Positions 19,908 to 22,661 of a stretch of DNA of 22,661 nucleotides are shown one piece after another; position 1 is the first letter of the stretch, and every line of letters begins with the position of its first letter. Position numbers and translations under genes: made by a program. The notes below the pieces were generated by a model that ran no database searches, had not been told where the DNA came from, and saw only the letters and a program-made list of their open reading frames with translations. The DNA comes from Azolla caroliniana (taxonomy: Eukaryota > Plantae > Polypodiophyta): positions 1 through 22,661 of the forward strand of contig JBHGNT010000501.1 of assembly GCA_043228905.1 (NCBI GenBank), given 5' to 3'.

Positions 19908-21060
19908 ATGTCATCCTCAAGCAATCAAGCGGAAGAGTTCGAAAGGATGATGCTAATTATCGAACAAATGATGAGATCTGGAGACAATGATGCGAGCGTG
20001 GAGAAGACCGTTGACCATATCCTAGAGCTCGAGGGTCAATTTGATGGAAGGAACATTACGAAGTTCCTTGATGCATACAAAAGGGAGATGAATTAGAGGG
20101 ATGTGTCTAAAGCACGTCATAGCACAAGTTTCAAGAGAGTGGTCGCCAACAACATCCAAAGGCGCGTCATCGAGCTTCAAGAAGGGAAGACAACATGGTC
20201 GGAGTTCGAGAAAGCGATATTAGCGGAGTTCGCGACAGAATATTTGTTGAGGATGACTCGACATGCCTTGATGAAGTGGATAGAAAAGAAGAATAAGAGG
20301 ATGAGTGCTTCGAGGGTGTACAACTAGTTCAACCAAATGTTTCTTCATCTCCCCGCCACGGACCAAGTGCTGCTTGAGGAGGACAAGACTTTGTACTTCT
20401 TGAAAGTTGTGCACATGAAGGATATACGAGAATTGGGGACTCTTCTTGAAGATGATACCCAAGAAAACGGGCTTGCGTGCAATAGGCTCGACAAGCATCA
20501 TTAGTGGGTTGATGAAACTGACTTGGCGAGATCGACTGTCATGGAGAAAACAAGACAACTGAAAATAGTTGAACCGCCTAAACAAAGCAGCCTAGAAGAA
20601 AAGAAGATTGATGAAAACATCATCGAAGAACTAGCGAAGAAGTTCAAGATGGTCATGCTAGCCAACATGAATCGTCGGGGCCCCAAAGGAAAAGAACCCT
20701 TTAGATGCATGTGGTGTGATAGCATGGACCACATAAGAAGGGATTGCGCGAGCCTTCGAGATGCCATTCGACAAAATATTGTATACATGGATGGCAACAT
20801 GATCTGCTCGAGTGAGACTAGAAGACCCCTGCGAGTGAATTTCAGAAGAGGGGAGATGAAGAAAGCTATGGAGGATGCCAAGGCAACTCATGTGGATGCG
20901 ATGCACTATGCTGCATTGGCCGGAATAAGAGTCGGGAAAGACAAAACTGAAGCTGTGAAAGTGGGAACAAAGTTTTGGTCTACCGCTCTCGAGCATGAGA
21001 AGAAGGGAAAAGTCACTTCCAACGAGGTGGAGCTTGCGGATCAAAGTGTAAAGAATCGAT
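19908..21060 (+). pseudogene. gag: Gypsy 2 gag with stops and frameshifts
   Basis: FDGRNITKFL; CMWCDSMDHIRRDC knuckle; RPLRVNFRRGEMKK matches KPLRPNIRKGGMKK of Gypsy 1. Confidence 0.85.
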
Positions 21061-21451
21061 GGTGATTCTTGTGCAGTGGAATAGACTAGAGATATGTGTT
21101 GTGTGTGTGTGTGTGTGTGTGTATGAGAGAGAGAGAGTGAGTAAGAGAGAAACACAAGATAGATGAATTTGAATAACAATAGAATACTCAAGAAGCTGTA
21201 TATTACAAAGGAGATTAATCGACTTATTTCAAAGTAGGAGCAGAGTGCTTTATATAGTCACTCTCTCTCTTCATTAACTACTAAAGGTCATGAGTCATGG
21301 GGAATGTGAAAACACATTAGTTATGTGTCATAGAATAGGATTCTATGACACATAGTTAATGTGTAGATAAGAGTGGTGACTTTTGATCTTTGAGTGCACA
21401 CTCTCAAGGGTCTGTTCACACACTAGACTAGGTTGAGCTTGATTCTCAACA
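21060..21451 (-). repeat. 3' LTR of Copia 2, containing a (GT)n(GA)n microsatellite
   Basis: Begins TGTTGAG right after the PPT (- strand). The distal end is about 21060-21063, where gag homology stops. Confidence 0.7.
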
Positions 21452-21851
21452 CGCCCCCTCAAGCTCTACTTCGGTCGGCTACTTCGGTTGATGTCCGCTT
21501 CGGCTCGTATCCGGTTTGGACGGTATCTGGTTTTCGCTTGTACTCCCCCTCAAGCTTGGCAAGACAGGAACCGTCAATCCAATGTCTGATAGGAATGGCC
21601 GAAGTTTGTCGGCTCCTAGGGCTTTGGTGAAGATGTCGACTGTCTGAAGATTCGTAGTGTTATGTTGAAGGTCGACATCGCCAACCTGAATATGCTCTCG
21701 AATGAAGTGATAGTGCACTTCGATATGCTTCGTGCATGCATGGAACACCGGGTTCCGAGCCAAATAAATATTGCTCATGTTGTCGCAGTAAAGGGGAATT
21801 GGATCTTTGATGGGAACGCCCAGATCCTTCAATATCCTCTTAAGCCATACG

Positions 21852-22040
21852 TGTTACGGGCATGACCATTTAATATCCCGTGGTGAGAATTTACCGTAGT
21901 ATTCTTTACACTCTCGTTTAACCCTCACACTTATCCACGTGTATAGAATACTACGGTAAATTCTCACCACGGGATATTAAATGGTCAGAATACTACGGTA
22001 AATTCTCACCACGGGATATTAAATGGTCATGCCCGTAACA
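21852..22040. mobile_element. 189-bp foldback MITE with 54-bp perfect TIRs, TGT...ACA ends and 5-bp TSD ATACG
   Basis: 21852-21905 is the exact reverse complement of 21987-22040; ATACG at 21847-21851 and 22041-22045; removal restores the Copia frame CEAVWLKRILKDLG. Confidence 0.93.
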
Positions 22041-22661
22041 ATACGGCTTCACATACAGCCACCACTGCACCCCTATATTCGGCCTCTGTGCTCGAAAGAG
22101 CGACGATTGATTGCTTCTTGCTACTCCAAGAGATGGCTCCACTTCCAAGGGAGGAGAAGAAACCAAAGATTGATCGTCAGTCAGCTTTGTAGCCTTCCCA
22201 GTCAGCATCTGTGTACGGCTCGAGTTGAATTGGTGTGGCCAACTTATAGAGAATGTCATATTCCATCGTTCCGCTCACGTATCGTAGCACTCTCTTAGCA
22301 CAATCCAAATGGATATCTCGTGGCGTTTGCATGAACTGGCTAAGAAGGTTGACCGGATAGCTCAAGTCTGGTCGAGTGATCGTGAGGTAGATAAGGCTAC
22401 CGATCAGTTATCGGTACTAAGTCGGCTAACACTCTGTGGGGCCAGAATTGACATCTAGTTTGAGGTTTCGGTCAAGAGGTGTTGCCACAGACTTGCACTC
22501 AGTAATCCCGAACTTGTACAACAAGTTGACAATGTAGTGTCGTTGGGAGATCATAATCCCGACTGGAGTCCAAATTACCTCGATGCCAAGGAAGTAGTGG
22601 AGCTCTTTCATGTCCGTCATCTCGAATTTGTTGGAAAGGAGAGATTTGACCTTGTTGATGT

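Larger units (their letters stand above)
19131..21060 (+). mobile_element. Second Gypsy element: 5' LTR, PBS and decayed gag, interrupted by a Copia
   Basis: LTR ends CACGACA (19835) like LTR 1; gag is similar to Gypsy 1 gag. The LTR 5' boundary is uncertain. Confidence 0.8.
21060..22661 (-). mobile_element. Second Copia element, 3' part (RT end, RNase H, PPT, 3' LTR)
   Basis: MTDMKELHYFLGIEV, TITRPDLSY, YTDADW, CDNMSNIYLARNPVFHACTKHIEVHYHFIRE, VDIFTKAL; PPT TGAGGGGGCG at 21452-21461. Confidence 0.92.

Noticed and set aside
21095-21150. (GT)n/(GA)n microsatellite as a separate element
   Set aside because: It is an ordinary simple repeat inside the Copia LTR.

Overview
Eukaryotic, transposon-dense region, probably from a bryophyte such as a moss (inferred from the element types, not proven), made of nested mobile elements. 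The centrepiece is a complete 8,791-bp cut-and-paste DNA transposon (7123-15913) with 36-bp TIRs and an AGTA target-site duplication. It carries two divergent genes. The first is an intact, intronless 926-aa Sola1-like DDD transposase on the - strand. The second is a five-exon, ~930-codon gene on the + strand fusing a ParB/Srx-like domain to a bacterial/phage-type beta-class amino (N6-adenine/N4-cytosine) DNA methyltransferase, with one in-frame TAA. Between them lie a bidirectional promoter region and three 21-bp palindromes spaced exactly 51 bp apart. This transposon and an internally deleted Copia element (15973-18309) inserted about 55 bp apart into an older, Sola2-like transposase pseudogene; removing both restores its reading frame. 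Flanking elements are a decayed Gypsy with its 3' LTR (1-5833) and a second Gypsy 5' end (~19131-21060) interrupted by another Copia (~21060-22661). That Copia carries a 189-bp TGT...ACA foldback MITE with a 5-bp TSD. Both Gypsy LTRs contain an antisense tRNA-like Pol III A/B-box module. All family assignments come from motif recognition by eye; no database search was run.
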